DNA of 64,000 nucleotides from an uncultured Methanosarcinales archaeon (GTDB lineage Archaea > Nanobdellota > Nanobdellia > Woesearchaeales > GW2011-AR9), in contig CAZEAB010000003.1 of NCBI GenBank assembly GCA_964510085.1, positions 18,276-82,275 on the forward strand, read 5' to 3'. How positions within the stretch are numbered: position 1 is the first letter of the stretch; each line of letters begins with the position of its first letter. The translations under genes were made by a program, and so were the position numbers. The notes beneath the pieces were generated by a model that did no database searches, was not told where the DNA came from, and saw only the letters and a program-made list of their open reading frames with translations. Positions 26,064 to 36,172 of this stretch are shown piece after piece.

Positions 26064-26995
26064 GTATTCTTTAATATGTATTCTTTAATCATTGGAACCA
26101 TTTCTTTTCTCATAATTAAGTAGTTGGTCTTAGCAATATTTTTTTCAAACTTTACATTTAAAGTAGAGGAAATAACTTTTTTAGTTAATTCATCAATTGC
26201 GACAAAAGTGTTAAAACCATGTTCTAGGTCAATACAATTTAGGAGAATATATTTTACTAACTTCTGTTCTTTTATATCTGATAATATTTTTATTGTTTTT
26301 TCTAAATTATTCTTTAAGAAATCATCAACACCAACAATTTCTAATTGTGCGATACCTATCTTATCATCATCTGTCTGAAAATCTTTAAAGTCTCCAAGCA
26401 AAACCTCTTTTAATGGTTGAGTAAATTTTGACTTATGAGCAAACATTTGATGTACATAATCTTTAGGGAGACTTATTTGTTTTTTTAACCACTCTGCCAT
26501 CCTCTTATCTCTGTTAGTAGTTAGTTTCCCCTTAAAATTTAATGTATTTGAAACTATTGCAGAATAAAGTAAAACGGCAGATTCTTCGGAGATTTTCATC
26601 CCTTCTTTTTCAAATTTTTCTGCAATTAGCGTTGCACATGATCCAACCAACTCGATTTGAATTTTTGCATTTGGAAATTTTTTTTGGTCTTCTGATTTTC
26701 TATGATCAATAATTTCAATGACTTGTTCAGGCTTTATCCCTTGCGGAAGTCTTAAAATTTCACTTGCGTCAAGAAAAATAACATCTCTGTACTCCTCTAT
26801 TAACTTTTCAACATCATTAATTTTGATATTAAATTTATCTATAACAAATTGAGCTTCTCTATGAACTGTTCCAAAGAATCCTGCTTGTGCATTAATGTTC
26901 TTATTACGAAGAAACTCAGAATATGCATAAGAACACCCAGTTCCATCTACATCGGGATTTTCATAAGATGTTATTAATACTTTTTTTGAAATCAT
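26060..26995 (-). CDS. DHH/DHHA2 family phosphoesterase (family II pyrophosphatase-like)
   Basis: 'NPDVDGTGCSYAYSEFL', 'IFLDASE' and 'IIDHRK' motifs in DHH order. Confidence 0.65.
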   Translation of the reverse strand: MISKKVLITSYENPDVDGTGCSYAYSEFLRNKNINAQAGFFGTVHREAQFVIDKFNIKINDVEKLIEEYRDVIFLDASEILRLPQGIKPEQVIEIIDHRKSEDQKKFPNAKIQIELVGSCATLIAEKFEKEGMKISEESAVLLYSAIVSNTLNFKGKLTTNRDKRMAEWLKKQISLPKDYVHQMFAHKSKFTQPLKEVLLGDFKDFQTDDDKIGIAQLEIVGVDDFLKNNLEKTIKILSDIKEQKLVKYILLNCIDLEHGFNTFVAIDELTKKVISSTLNVKFEKNIAKTNYLIMRKEMVPMIKEYILKNT

Positions 26996-27077
26996 TTATT
27001 TAAATATAAATTCTCTACTTAAAAACATTCCTCTTCTTTTAGTAACATTAATATATTCTAATATTTTCCAACAACAC

Positions 27078-27635
27078 ATGAAATACATAATACTACTAAT
27101 CACATTGACATTACTAATAACGGCCTGCACAACAACGCAAACAACGGAACAAGCACCAGAAAGCTTTCCAGACCAAAAAACAGCAGACAACCCAGAGAAA
27201 ACAACAACAGTAGACTGGCGTACTATAACAATAACAGACGTTAACACAAACACACCATACACAATTAACGATTTCAAAGGAAAACCAATTCTTATCGAAT
27301 CATTTGCAGTATGGTGTCCTAAATGCACTGCTTTACAACGAGAAGTTAAAAAATTACATGAAACAAATAAAGAAGTAGTCTCAATATCATTAGACACAGA
27401 CCCTAATGAAGATGCTGACTTTGTAAAAAGTCATGCACAAAAGAATGGATTTGATTGGAGATATTCCATCTCTCCAAAAGAAATGACTCTCTCACTAATA
27501 GACGAATTTGGAACAGGTGTTGTAAACGCACCATCAACTCCCGTTATCATTATCTGTCCTGACGGAACAACAAATTATCTAAGTAGGGGATCTAAAAAAG
27601 TAGCTGACTTACAAGAAGCAATAGACGCATGTTAA
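27078..27635 (+). CDS. TlpA/ResA-like thioredoxin-fold lipoprotein
   Basis: Lipobox LLITAC and redox motif 'FAVWCPKC'. Confidence 0.8.
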   Translation: MKYIILLITLTLLITACTTTQTTEQAPESFPDQKTADNPEKTTTVDWRTITITDVNTNTPYTINDFKGKPILIESFAVWCPKCTALQREVKKLHETNKEVVSISLDTDPNEDADFVKSHAQKNGFDWRYSISPKEMTLSLIDEFGTGVVNAPSTPVIIICPDGTTNYLSRGSKKVADLQEAIDAC

Positions 27636-27636
27636 C

Positions 27637-28323
27637 ATGGTATCACTACTAACTAACCTTGGAATTTCATTTACAGCAGGTTTAATCTCTCCATTAGTAG
27701 CGGTATGTGTTCTTCCACTATATCCTGGTTTCTTATCGTACTTAGCAAATAAAGCAAGTGGTGAAGATTCTAAAAGGAAAATCATTAACTTTGGTCTTTT
27801 AGTTGTAGCAGGGGTCATTCTCTCAATGTTTTTGATTGGACTAATCTTTACAGGATTATTACAAACCTCTCTTGGGAAGGTTACACAAATCTTATCACCA
27901 ATTGCCTTCGGATTGTTAGCAATTATTTCCATATTAATGATATTTAACGTAGATCTTACTAGATTCTTACCACAAACACATGCGCCAGTATTGAAAAACC
28001 CATACTTCTCTGCATTATTGTTTGGAATATTCTTTGGTGCTATTGTACTTCCGTGTAATCCAGCAGGGTTAGCAGTACTATTTGCGGTATCTACATCAGT
28101 AACGAGTTTCCTTACGAATTTACTTAACTTCGTTGTCTTCGGAATAGGAATGGGTCTTCCACTATTAGTACTTGCTGTATTATCAGCAACATCTGGAAAA
28201 GTAATAATTGACTGGCTAACATCTCATAAGAAACAGATTAATGTAGGGGCAGGTATCTTTATGTTACTTGTGTCACTATACTATTTATTCTTTGTTTTTA
28301 AGATACACAGTTTATTACTCTGA
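27637..28323 (+). CDS. ccdA: CcdA/DsbD-family transmembrane thiol-disulfide electron transporter
   Basis: Conserved TM cysteines 'AVCVLPLYPGFLSYL' and 'VLPCNPAGL'; 6 TM helices. Confidence 0.85.
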   Translation: MVSLLTNLGISFTAGLISPLVAVCVLPLYPGFLSYLANKASGEDSKRKIINFGLLVVAGVILSMFLIGLIFTGLLQTSLGKVTQILSPIAFGLLAIISILMIFNVDLTRFLPQTHAPVLKNPYFSALLFGIFFGAIVLPCNPAGLAVLFAVSTSVTSFLTNLLNFVVFGIGMGLPLLVLAVLSATSGKVIIDWLTSHKKQINVGAGIFMLLVSLYYLFFVFKIHSLLL

Positions 28324-28365
28324 TTTTTTGGAAACACATAAAAACAAAATTACTTTACTTATAAT

Positions 28366-29367
28366 ATGAAAAAAATATTGTTTATCATAATTCTCTCTTT
28401 GTTCTTAGTAGCATGTAACACAGACATACAAGAAACAAACACCTCACAAAAATCTGGTACGTCTGTCCTTGACAACGAAATAAAAACAACAGCAGATGGA
28501 ACAAAATATATCATCCCACCAAATGAAATTCGTGGCGGCGGTCCGCCAAAAGGAGGAATAGGTGTTGACAGAGGTATTCCTGCATTAGGTAAAGAGAACA
28601 TTAAATTTGTTACAGTACAAGAAGCAGACAAATGGATTGAAGATACTGAATTAGTTCTTGCACTTATCCATAAAGACGTAAAAAGAGTATATCCCTTACA
28701 AGTTTTAGTATTCCATGAAATTGTAAATGATGATGTAGCAGGAGATCCTTTACTTATTACCTATTGTCCATTATGTGGTTCTGGCATTGCATATGAACCT
28801 TTTATTGATATAAATGGAAAGAGAACATACAGCAGATTTGGAACGTCTGGGAAATTATATAATTCGAATCTCGTAATGTACGATGAGGAAACGGACACAT
28901 ATTGGCAACAGATTGATGGAAACGCTATTGTAGGAGAGTTAACAGGCCAAGAACTTAAAGATATTTCTATAGACACCGTTACATGGAAAGAATGGAAAAC
29001 ATCTCACCCAGATTCGGAAGTATTATCTAAAGAAACCGGAATGAGTAGGCCTTATGGAGAAGATCCGTATGGCGGTTATTATGAAAATTCATTCCTCTTT
29101 TTCCCTGTAGACAATGAAGATGAATCAATACATCCAAAAACAGTAATATTCGGTGTAGAAAGTGATGGCAAGTATATTGCATATAAAGAAGAAGATGTTT
29201 TGAAAGGAACGATACAAGATGATGCAAATGAAATTACGGTAACTCGTGGTGAGGATGGAATAGTAAAAGTGATGAAAGGCGATACAGAACTTGTCAAAGA
29301 ACGAGATTTCTTCTTTGCGTGGTACGCATTCCATCCAGATACCGAGATATATGGAGTTATCAATTGA
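28366..29367 (+). CDS. DUF3179 domain lipoprotein
   Basis: Lipobox LFLVAC and hallmark 'LLITYCPLCGSGIAY..GTSGKLYNSNLVMYD..TDTYWQQ'. Confidence 0.75.
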   Translation: MKKILFIIILSLFLVACNTDIQETNTSQKSGTSVLDNEIKTTADGTKYIIPPNEIRGGGPPKGGIGVDRGIPALGKENIKFVTVQEADKWIEDTELVLALIHKDVKRVYPLQVLVFHEIVNDDVAGDPLLITYCPLCGSGIAYEPFIDINGKRTYSRFGTSGKLYNSNLVMYDEETDTYWQQIDGNAIVGELTGQELKDISIDTVTWKEWKTSHPDSEVLSKETGMSRPYGEDPYGGYYENSFLFFPVDNEDESIHPKTVIFGVESDGKYIAYKEEDVLKGTIQDDANEITVTRGEDGIVKVMKGDTELVKERDFFFAWYAFHPDTEIYGVIN

Positions 29368-29442
29368 AAATAAACAAAAAACATTTGTGTTAATACGAAA
29401 AATATCGCTAATTTTATATACTCTTAATTCTTTCTTACACTC

Positions 29443-30246
29443 ATGAAAAAAGAGGTGTACCTAAAAGCTATTCTAATTTTGTCACTAATAGGTCTTGCAA
29501 CTTCTTTCTATTTACTGTATGAACATTATGCAGCAGGATCAAGTGTATGTGATGTAAATGCAACAGTTTCCTGCTCATTAGTAAACTCAAGTGTCTTTTC
29601 AGAGTTACTTGGAGTTCCAGTAGCTTTATTGGGAATTATTTGGTTCCTCGCAGTAATATGGTTAACAACAAGGAAGGATAAACAATACCTTAACATATTA
29701 TTCTGGTGGCATTTACTTGGTTTATTGTCAGTAATTTATTTAGTTACAGCTGAGTTTATATTACAAGCAATTTGTCCATTCTGTACAGTAGTTCATGCCA
29801 TAATTATAATTGGACTAGTAATATCATTCTTTTTACAAAGAGATGTGAAAATAAAGAATAAACAAATCAAAAAAATACTAAAACCGTTCTTAATAGTAAT
29901 TATCATTCTTAACATAATCCCTTTAATATTATTTAATCTTCCAACTAATGAAGAAGATCACAGTAAACTAGCTCTTTGTTTAACAGAGAAGGGTGTTAAC
30001 ATGTATGGTTCTTTCAAATGCGGTGTATGTGCTAAAACAAGAGCGATGTTTGGAGATGCTTTTGAATACATGACAGAAATAGAATGCCATCCTCAAGGAG
30101 AGAATGCACAAACAGAATTTTGTTTAGAAAAAGGGATTGAAGGAACACCAACATGGATTCTGGAACCAAATGGGGAAGAAATAAAACGTGAAGTAGGTTT
30201 TATGTCAATAGAAGAACTTGCAACATGGGCGGGGTGTGAAGAATGA
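29443..30246 (+). CDS. Vitamin K epoxide reductase (VKOR) fused to a thioredoxin-like domain
   Basis: Loop cysteines 'VCDVNATVSC', TM 'CPFC', and a C-terminal Trx-like 'FKCGVCAKT'. Confidence 0.8.
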   Translation: MKKEVYLKAILILSLIGLATSFYLLYEHYAAGSSVCDVNATVSCSLVNSSVFSELLGVPVALLGIIWFLAVIWLTTRKDKQYLNILFWWHLLGLLSVIYLVTAEFILQAICPFCTVVHAIIIIGLVISFFLQRDVKIKNKQIKKILKPFLIVIIILNIIPLILFNLPTNEEDHSKLALCLTEKGVNMYGSFKCGVCAKTRAMFGDAFEYMTEIECHPQGENAQTEFCLEKGIEGTPTWILEPNGEEIKREVGFMSIEELATWAGCEE

Positions 30247-30950
30247 TTGAAGGTCTTACTTTACCCATCATTATTGGAGCAGCATTATTAGATAGTATTA
30301 ATCCCTGCGTCTTTGGAGTATTAATATTTTTAATTGGTTTCATGACCAAATTATTTAGAAGTGCAAGTAGAATGCTTATAGGTGGTTTAATTTATACCAC
30401 CGTTGTATATTTAACATATTTATTAATTGGAATTGGATTTCTTAAGTTTACAGTATCATTTGGATTTTCTGTTGTAGTATATTGGGTAGCGGCTATAATT
30501 GCTATTCTTGCAGGATTATTAGAAATAAAAGATTTCTTTTGGTATGGAAAAGGATTCTCATTACAAATGTTTCCTGGGACTGCAGAAAGAATAAGATATT
30601 ACACTAACAAATTAAAAACTTTACATGAAAAAGGATTAGTCTGGGTATATCTCGCAGCAATTCCGTTAGGTATCTTTGTAACATTGGTAGAACTACCTTG
30701 TACTGGTGCTCCATATCTTGCAGTTCTTGCTATTATTGGGCAAGGAAATTATGCACAAGGGATACCTCTTTTATTATTATATAACTTAATATTCATACTT
30801 CCATTGTTTGTAATCATTGGAATTGCATACTTTGGTAAATCCTCAAAAATAATGGAAGATTGGAGAAAAAAACATAGGGGCTTGATGCGTTTAAGTGTTG
30901 GTATATTCTTAATTGCACTTGGGTCGTATATGGTATATACTGTTTGGTGA
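30243..30950 (+). CDS. Second CcdA/DsbD_2-like membrane protein
   Basis: 'SINPCVFGVLIFLIG' and 'ELPCTGAPYLAVLAI'. ATGA overlap with the VKOR gene. Confidence 0.7.
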   Translation: MIEGLTLPIIIGAALLDSINPCVFGVLIFLIGFMTKLFRSASRMLIGGLIYTTVVYLTYLLIGIGFLKFTVSFGFSVVVYWVAAIIAILAGLLEIKDFFWYGKGFSLQMFPGTAERIRYYTNKLKTLHEKGLVWVYLAAIPLGIFVTLVELPCTGAPYLAVLAIIGQGNYAQGIPLLLLYNLIFILPLFVIIGIAYFGKSSKIMEDWRKKHRGLMRLSVGIFLIALGSYMVYTVW

Positions 30951-30954
30951 TAGA

Positions 30955-31392
30955 ATGGCAAAAAAGAAAAAATTAGAAAAGAAATGTAAATGGTTACCAT
31001 TTAAAGACTATTTCACAACAGCTGAAGGAATTCTTCGTCTTGGAATTTTTGGAAGTTTCCTAGGGCACGGAATGTTTGCACTAGGTGTGAAATCTGGATG
31101 GTTTAAGTATTTTGCAGCAGTTGGTTTATCGGAATCATTTGCTCAAACGTGGCTTCCTTTAATTGGAGTAATGGATATTGTTGTGGCAGTGTTTGCATTG
31201 TTCTGGCCGATTAGGATAGTGTTAGCATGGGCAGCTGCATGGGGATTATGGACTGCTTTGTTACGGTGGCCTGTTGGACCAGATCCAATATGGGACTTTG
31301 TAGAAAAATGGGCAAATTGGGCAGCTCCATTAGCATTACTTGCTCTACACGGATTTCCTAAGAAGTGGAAAGACTGGTGGAAAGTTAAATAA
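30955..31392 (+). CDS. Membrane protein (weakly DoxX-like)
   Basis: Four hydrophobic helices and a Trp-rich C-terminus. ATG 30955 (MAKKKK..) preferred over the track start. Confidence 0.5.
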   Translation: MAKKKKLEKKCKWLPFKDYFTTAEGILRLGIFGSFLGHGMFALGVKSGWFKYFAAVGLSESFAQTWLPLIGVMDIVVAVFALFWPIRIVLAWAAAWGLWTALLRWPVGPDPIWDFVEKWANWAAPLALLALHGFPKKWKDWWKVK

Positions 31393-31468
31393 TTTTTTTA
31401 TTTTATTTTTTATTTAACCAAACATTTATTAATTCTAAAAAAACAATATTGTAAAAGAGGTGGTTGTT

Positions 31469-31576
31469 ATGGCAAAGAAAACAGCTTCTAAAAAAACCAA
31501 AAAGAAACCTACTACAAAAAAATCTACTAAAAAGAAAGTAAAAGTAGCAAAAGGAAAAGTTTGTGAGTTTTGTTAA
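31469..31576 (+). CDS. 35-aa Lys-rich peptide ending CEFC
   Basis: GAGGTGG SD 6 nt upstream of ATG. Sequence MAKKTASKKTKKKPTTKKSTKKKVKVAKGKVCEFC. Its stop overlaps the transketolase start (TAATG). Confidence 0.4.
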   Translation: MAKKTASKKTKKKPTTKKSTKKKVKVAKGKVCEFC

Positions 31577-32460
31577 TGAAATTAAATAAAATAAAAGACT
31601 TGCAGATGATGGCCGACATCATTAGAGAAGACATAATCTCTTCTTTACTAGAAGCTAAGTCAGGCCACTCAGCAGGACCTTTAGGAATGGCAGACATATT
31701 TACTGCATTATATTTTAACGTTCTTAAACATAATCCAAAGAAACCAAAATGGGAAGGACGAGACCGTTTAATTCTTAGTAATGGCCACATTTGTCCTGTT
31801 TTATATGCAACCATGGCAAATGTAGGATACTTTCCAAAAAAAGAACTTCTTACATTACGGAAGTTTGGAACAAGATTACAAGGGCACCCCCATAGAACCG
31901 CTTTACCAGGATTAGAAACAACTTCTGGACCTCTTGGTTCGGGTTTATCTCAAGGAGCTGGAATGGCACTTGGATTTAAGATAGATAAAAACAACAACAA
32001 AATATTTTGCTTATGTAGTGATGGAGAACAAGATGAGGGAAACCATTGGGAGGCTGTCATGTTTGCAGGAAAACACAAATTGTCTAACCTAATAGCAATT
32101 ACAGACAGAAATTATATTCAAATAGATGGGAATACAGAAGACATTATGCCATTAGATCCATTAGATAAAAAATATGAATCATTCAATTGGAATGTAAAAG
32201 TAATTGATGGGAATGATATGAAAGTTGTGTTAAGAACTTTACAACAAGCACGAAACAATCGTGGAAAACCGTTAATGATTATTGCAAACACCGTTCCAGG
32301 AAAGGGTGTAGATTTCATGGAGAATAAACACGAATGGCATGGTAAACCTCCAAAAGCAGATGAGGCATATACTGCTTTGGAAGAAATACACGCACATGAA
32401 GTTGAAGAAAGAGGAGATTGGATTTCAAAACACGAGAAATGGAGGCCGATTCACAAATGA
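31576..32460 (+). CDS. Transketolase, N-terminal subunit
   Basis: 'GHSAGPLGMADI', 'LSNGHICPVLYA' and 'SDGEQDEGNHWEA' TPP-binding motifs. Confidence 0.9.
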   Translation: MKLNKIKDLQMMADIIREDIISSLLEAKSGHSAGPLGMADIFTALYFNVLKHNPKKPKWEGRDRLILSNGHICPVLYATMANVGYFPKKELLTLRKFGTRLQGHPHRTALPGLETTSGPLGSGLSQGAGMALGFKIDKNNNKIFCLCSDGEQDEGNHWEAVMFAGKHKLSNLIAITDRNYIQIDGNTEDIMPLDPLDKKYESFNWNVKVIDGNDMKVVLRTLQQARNNRGKPLMIIANTVPGKGVDFMENKHEWHGKPPKADEAYTALEEIHAHEVEERGDWISKHEKWRPIHK

Positions 32461-33416
32461 GATTAAACAAAAAATTACACTTAAATCTCTTTCGTGAAAA
32501 TATTCCTACGAGAAATGGGTACGGTGATGCACTTGTCAAACTTGGACGGTCAAAAAAGATAATGGTTCTTTGTGCAGATTTAGTAGATTCCACTCGTGTA
32601 ACAAAGTTCAAAAAGAAATATTCCCAACAATTTGTGGAAATGGGTGTAGCAGAACAAAATCTTGTTACTGTTGCTTCTGGTTTAGCAGCTATTGGTAAAA
32701 TTCCATTTGTTTCTTCATACGCAGCGTTCTGCCCAGGAAGATGTTGGGAACAGATTAGAACAACAATCTGTTATAATGATCAAAACGTTAAAATTATTGG
32801 CGCTCATGCAGGAATCTCAGTAGGACCAGACGGAGCTACACATCAAATGTTAGAAGACATTGCGATTATGAGAGCTTTACCTAACATGATAGTTGTAGTT
32901 CCTGCAGATTATGAACAAACGAAGAAAGCAACAATGGCCATAGCAAAGTACAAAGGTCCCGCATATATGAGATTCGCTCGTTCAGCTACAGATCAGATTA
33001 CTACAACAAAAACTCCATTTAAAATTGGGGAAGCTCAAATTTTAAAAGATGGCAAGGATGTAGCAATTATTGGAGCAGGTCCCGTCGTTGCAGAATGTTT
33101 GAAAGCAGCAGAAATATTAGAGAAACAAGGAATAAATGCAATGGTTGTGAATAATCATACTATCAAACCTCTTGACAAGAAAACATTATTGATGGCTGCA
33201 AAAAAGTGTAAGAAAATAGTAACAGTTGAAGAACATCAAGTAACAGGTGGTGTTGGCAGTGCTATTTGTGAATATCTCTCTTCAGTATATCCTGTACCAA
33301 TTAGAAGAGTAGGCATGCCTGATAGATATGGTGAATCTGGTGAGCCAGAGGAATTATTAAGTGTATTTGGTTTTAGTTCTAAACATATTGTGAAGGAAGT
33401 AAAGAAGTTGTTGTGA
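32457..33416 (+). CDS. Transketolase, C-terminal subunit
   Basis: 'GVAEQNLV', 'GISVGPDGATHQMLEDIA'. ATGA overlap with the N-terminal subunit gene. Confidence 0.9.
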   Translation: MRLNKKLHLNLFRENIPTRNGYGDALVKLGRSKKIMVLCADLVDSTRVTKFKKKYSQQFVEMGVAEQNLVTVASGLAAIGKIPFVSSYAAFCPGRCWEQIRTTICYNDQNVKIIGAHAGISVGPDGATHQMLEDIAIMRALPNMIVVVPADYEQTKKATMAIAKYKGPAYMRFARSATDQITTTKTPFKIGEAQILKDGKDVAIIGAGPVVAECLKAAEILEKQGINAMVVNNHTIKPLDKKTLLMAAKKCKKIVTVEEHQVTGGVGSAICEYLSSVYPVPIRRVGMPDRYGESGEPEELLSVFGFSSKHIVKEVKKLL

Positions 33417-33420
33417 GTTA

Positions 33421-33906
33421 TCACTTCAACTTACGATACGCTAACCAAATTAATATCGCTAACGCAATTCCTAATAATACAAACTTTAACACATCATTTG
33501 CATGGGTCCAATATCTCATCGTTCCGTATAATATAAGGAACACAGCGCCTAATAATAGGCCTTGACTTACAACATCCTTTCTCAACTGCAGAGCTGTAAT
33601 AACTGCAATAATTCCTGCTATTAATGATACTATAAACACAATTTTGTCATGACCTTCTTGAGCATCTTGATAGGGTTCTCTACACTTCATTTTATTACTA
33701 CATAACCCTCTTTCGCCCTTTGGAACATGATTAGCATTCCAAATTCCGCCAGCTTCTAAACACGATTTTTCATCCACCACTTCAAACAAATCTGGACAGA
33801 AATCCTCATACTCAGGAGAATCATGAAATACTTCGATACCATAACCTACAAAGAACGCAAAGATTATTGCAATCGCAACCGCAAGTAAGTTATGTTTGAA
33901 GTTCAT
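33421..33906 (-). CDS. Membrane protein with Cys-containing ectodomain
   Basis: N-terminal TM, a 4-Cys loop (FCPDL..KSCLEAG..GLCSNKMKC), then 3 TM helices. Confidence 0.55.
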   Translation of the reverse strand: MNFKHNLLAVAIAIIFAFFVGYGIEVFHDSPEYEDFCPDLFEVVDEKSCLEAGGIWNANHVPKGERGLCSNKMKCREPYQDAQEGHDKIVFIVSLIAGIIAVITALQLRKDVVSQGLLLGAVFLILYGTMRYWTHANDVLKFVLLGIALAILIWLAYRKLK

Positions 33907-33978
33907 ATCTCTATAATTATCTTACAATTTATAACTGTTTTGCAACGGGTTTATATATTACCACCATCTCCTATTTCT

Positions 33979-34779
33979 ATGCTTAAAGAAATATTCCCAT
34001 TCAAAGGAGAAAAATCAGGACCTAAAGTTGTTATTCTTGGAGGGGTTCATGGAAATGAAATATGTGGTGTGGAAGCAATACGAAAGTTAGCACCAAACTT
34101 AAAGATAACTTCGGGAGAATTAAGATTAATCATAGCTAATCCTAAAGCAGTAGAACAGAATGTGCGATATACTGAAGAGAATCTAAATCGTTGTTTCAAA
34201 AAGAACAAAACTCTAACTGGTTCTTACGAAGAAAAACTTGCAAAAGAAATCATGAAACATTTAGATTGGGCAGATATTAGTTTAGATCTTCATGCAAGTA
34301 ACTCAAAAGAAACTAGGCCTTTCATAATTGCTCGAGAAGATAGGTTAGTGTATGCATATATGTTGCCAATTCCAACTATAGTAACTGGCTTTGAAAAATT
34401 TTACTCTGGTGATTCTGACTGGTATATGGAATCTAAAGGGAAAGTAGGTATGGGCGTTGAATGTGGATATCTTAGAGATCCTAAATCTTCAGAAGTAGCA
34501 GAAGAGTGTATTATTAATTACCTAAAAGGACTTCACATGATTGAAGGGCAACCAGTTCAAGTAAAACGAAAAGAGTTTGATTTGTTCTTTCAATACCATA
34601 ACAAAGATGAATTCAAGTTAACAAGACAATTTCCAGATTTTGATTTAGTGTTAAAAGATGAAATAATTGGTTATGATGGTGATAAAGAAGTGTGGTCAGA
34701 TCGAGATTGTTTTATTATCTTTGCACGAAACAGAACACCGGGGTATGGTGAATCTTTTTGTTTGTTAGAAAAGGTCTAA
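33979..34779 (+). CDS. Succinylglutamate desuccinylase/aspartoacylase (M14-like) family protein
   Basis: 'VVILGGVHGNEICGVEA' zinc motif, 'NLNRCF', 'SLDLHAS'. Confidence 0.75.
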   Translation: MLKEIFPFKGEKSGPKVVILGGVHGNEICGVEAIRKLAPNLKITSGELRLIIANPKAVEQNVRYTEENLNRCFKKNKTLTGSYEEKLAKEIMKHLDWADISLDLHASNSKETRPFIIAREDRLVYAYMLPIPTIVTGFEKFYSGDSDWYMESKGKVGMGVECGYLRDPKSSEVAEECIINYLKGLHMIEGQPVQVKRKEFDLFFQYHNKDEFKLTRQFPDFDLVLKDEIIGYDGDKEVWSDRDCFIIFARNRTPGYGESFCLLEKV

Positions 34780-36125
34780 AGTGGAACATTAGCAGCAGCT
34801 CGTTGCACTACTTCATTTAATGCAGGATGAATATGTACTACATTTCTCAAAAGACTTAAACCACCCTTCCCACATTTCATAGCAATAAGAACTTCATGTA
34901 ATAAAACAGACGCATTTGGCCCAATAATGTGACACCCAATAATTTTTCTATCCCTCCCAACAATTAATTTTACAAAACCATCTTCTTCAGCAAGAGCTTC
35001 TCCCATTCCTGTTCTGGCATATTCATATGTTCCTACAACGTGGTTCTTTGCTTCTTGTTCTGTAATACCAACTCCTGCAATTTGTGGGTCAGTAAATACT
35101 GCATGTGGCATTGGGAAATAATCAACTTTCATTCTGTTTTTATGGGTTACATTATGGGTTACATACTCTGCTTCTAAATTTGCTGAATGTCTAAACATAT
35201 ATACTCCTGCTACATCTCCCAAAGCCCAAATATTCTTCTGAGACGTTTCCATATATCTATTTACTTTTACAAAACCTCTCTTATTTACTTTAACACCCGT
35301 CTTCTCAACTTGTAACGCATCTGAATTTGGTTTTACTCCTGTTGCTACCATCAAAGAATCAGCAGTAAACTTTTTCATACGACTACCTACTTTGGCCCAT
35401 ACAACAGTTTTACCATTCTTCCTTTCGACTTTAGTTGCAGACGCATTCAATACCACATTATATTTTTTCTTCCACACTCGTGTAAACGTTTCTGCAACAT
35501 CTTTATCTTCTCGAGGTAATAACAATGGTCCTCGTTGTAACACAGTAATTTTACATCCTAAAGAACCATAGAAATTACCTAATTCGCATCCAATATACCC
35601 CCCACCAATTATAATCATTGATTTTGGCAACGTTGTTCGTCTCAACGCTTCCGTTGAAGTCATATATGGAACTTTATTTAATCCTTCAATGGGTGGAATA
35701 AATGGTCTTGCACCAACAGCAATAACAAACTTCTTCGCTTTGTATTGTTTCTTTTTTACTTCAATGATATATGGTGCAACAAACTTAGCCATACCTTGAA
35801 TTAACTTTGGATTATTACCCCTTTTAAGAGATCTTTGAATATTTGCAGAATCTCCATCAACAGTAATGTTTGCTCTATCTGTAACTTTTTTAAAATTCAC
35901 AGAATTAAATGTAGATGTAATGCCAAACGTTTTAGAATTCTTAATGGTGTTTGCAACATCTGCAGAATGAATAACAATTTTAGAGGGGATACAACCTCTG
36001 TTAAGACACGTACCACCTAAAGGTCCTGATTCAACAACTGCTGTCTTTAAACCAGCTTGTGCTGCTTCCACAGCTACATTTAAGCCAGCTCCTGAACCAA
36101 TAACAATAAGGTCGTACGTTTTCAT
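34776..36125 (-). CDS. FAD-dependent pyridine nucleotide-disulfide oxidoreductase (dihydrolipoamide dehydrogenase/glutathione reductase class)
   Basis: 'DLIVIGSGAGL', redox-active 'GGTCLNRGCIPSK', NAD-binding 'IIGGGYIGCE', C-terminal 'HIHPALNE'. Confidence 0.88.
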   Translation of the reverse strand: MKTYDLIVIGSGAGLNVAVEAAQAGLKTAVVESGPLGGTCLNRGCIPSKIVIHSADVANTIKNSKTFGITSTFNSVNFKKVTDRANITVDGDSANIQRSLKRGNNPKLIQGMAKFVAPYIIEVKKKQYKAKKFVIAVGARPFIPPIEGLNKVPYMTSTEALRRTTLPKSMIIIGGGYIGCELGNFYGSLGCKITVLQRGPLLLPREDKDVAETFTRVWKKKYNVVLNASATKVERKNGKTVVWAKVGSRMKKFTADSLMVATGVKPNSDALQVEKTGVKVNKRGFVKVNRYMETSQKNIWALGDVAGVYMFRHSANLEAEYVTHNVTHKNRMKVDYFPMPHAVFTDPQIAGVGITEQEAKNHVVGTYEYARTGMGEALAEEDGFVKLIVGRDRKIIGCHIIGPNASVLLHEVLIAMKCGKGGLSLLRNVVHIHPALNEVVQRAAANVPL

Positions 36126-36172
36126 CCTCTTTTTAGAATAGAACTATTTTTATGTTAATAAGTGTTTTGTGT

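Noticed and set aside
31469-32460. Stop-codon read-through fusing the Lys-rich peptide to transketolase
   Set aside because: Re-indexing shows that the peptide ORF and the tkt ORF are in different frames (a TAATG overlap), so read-through would not produce a fusion.
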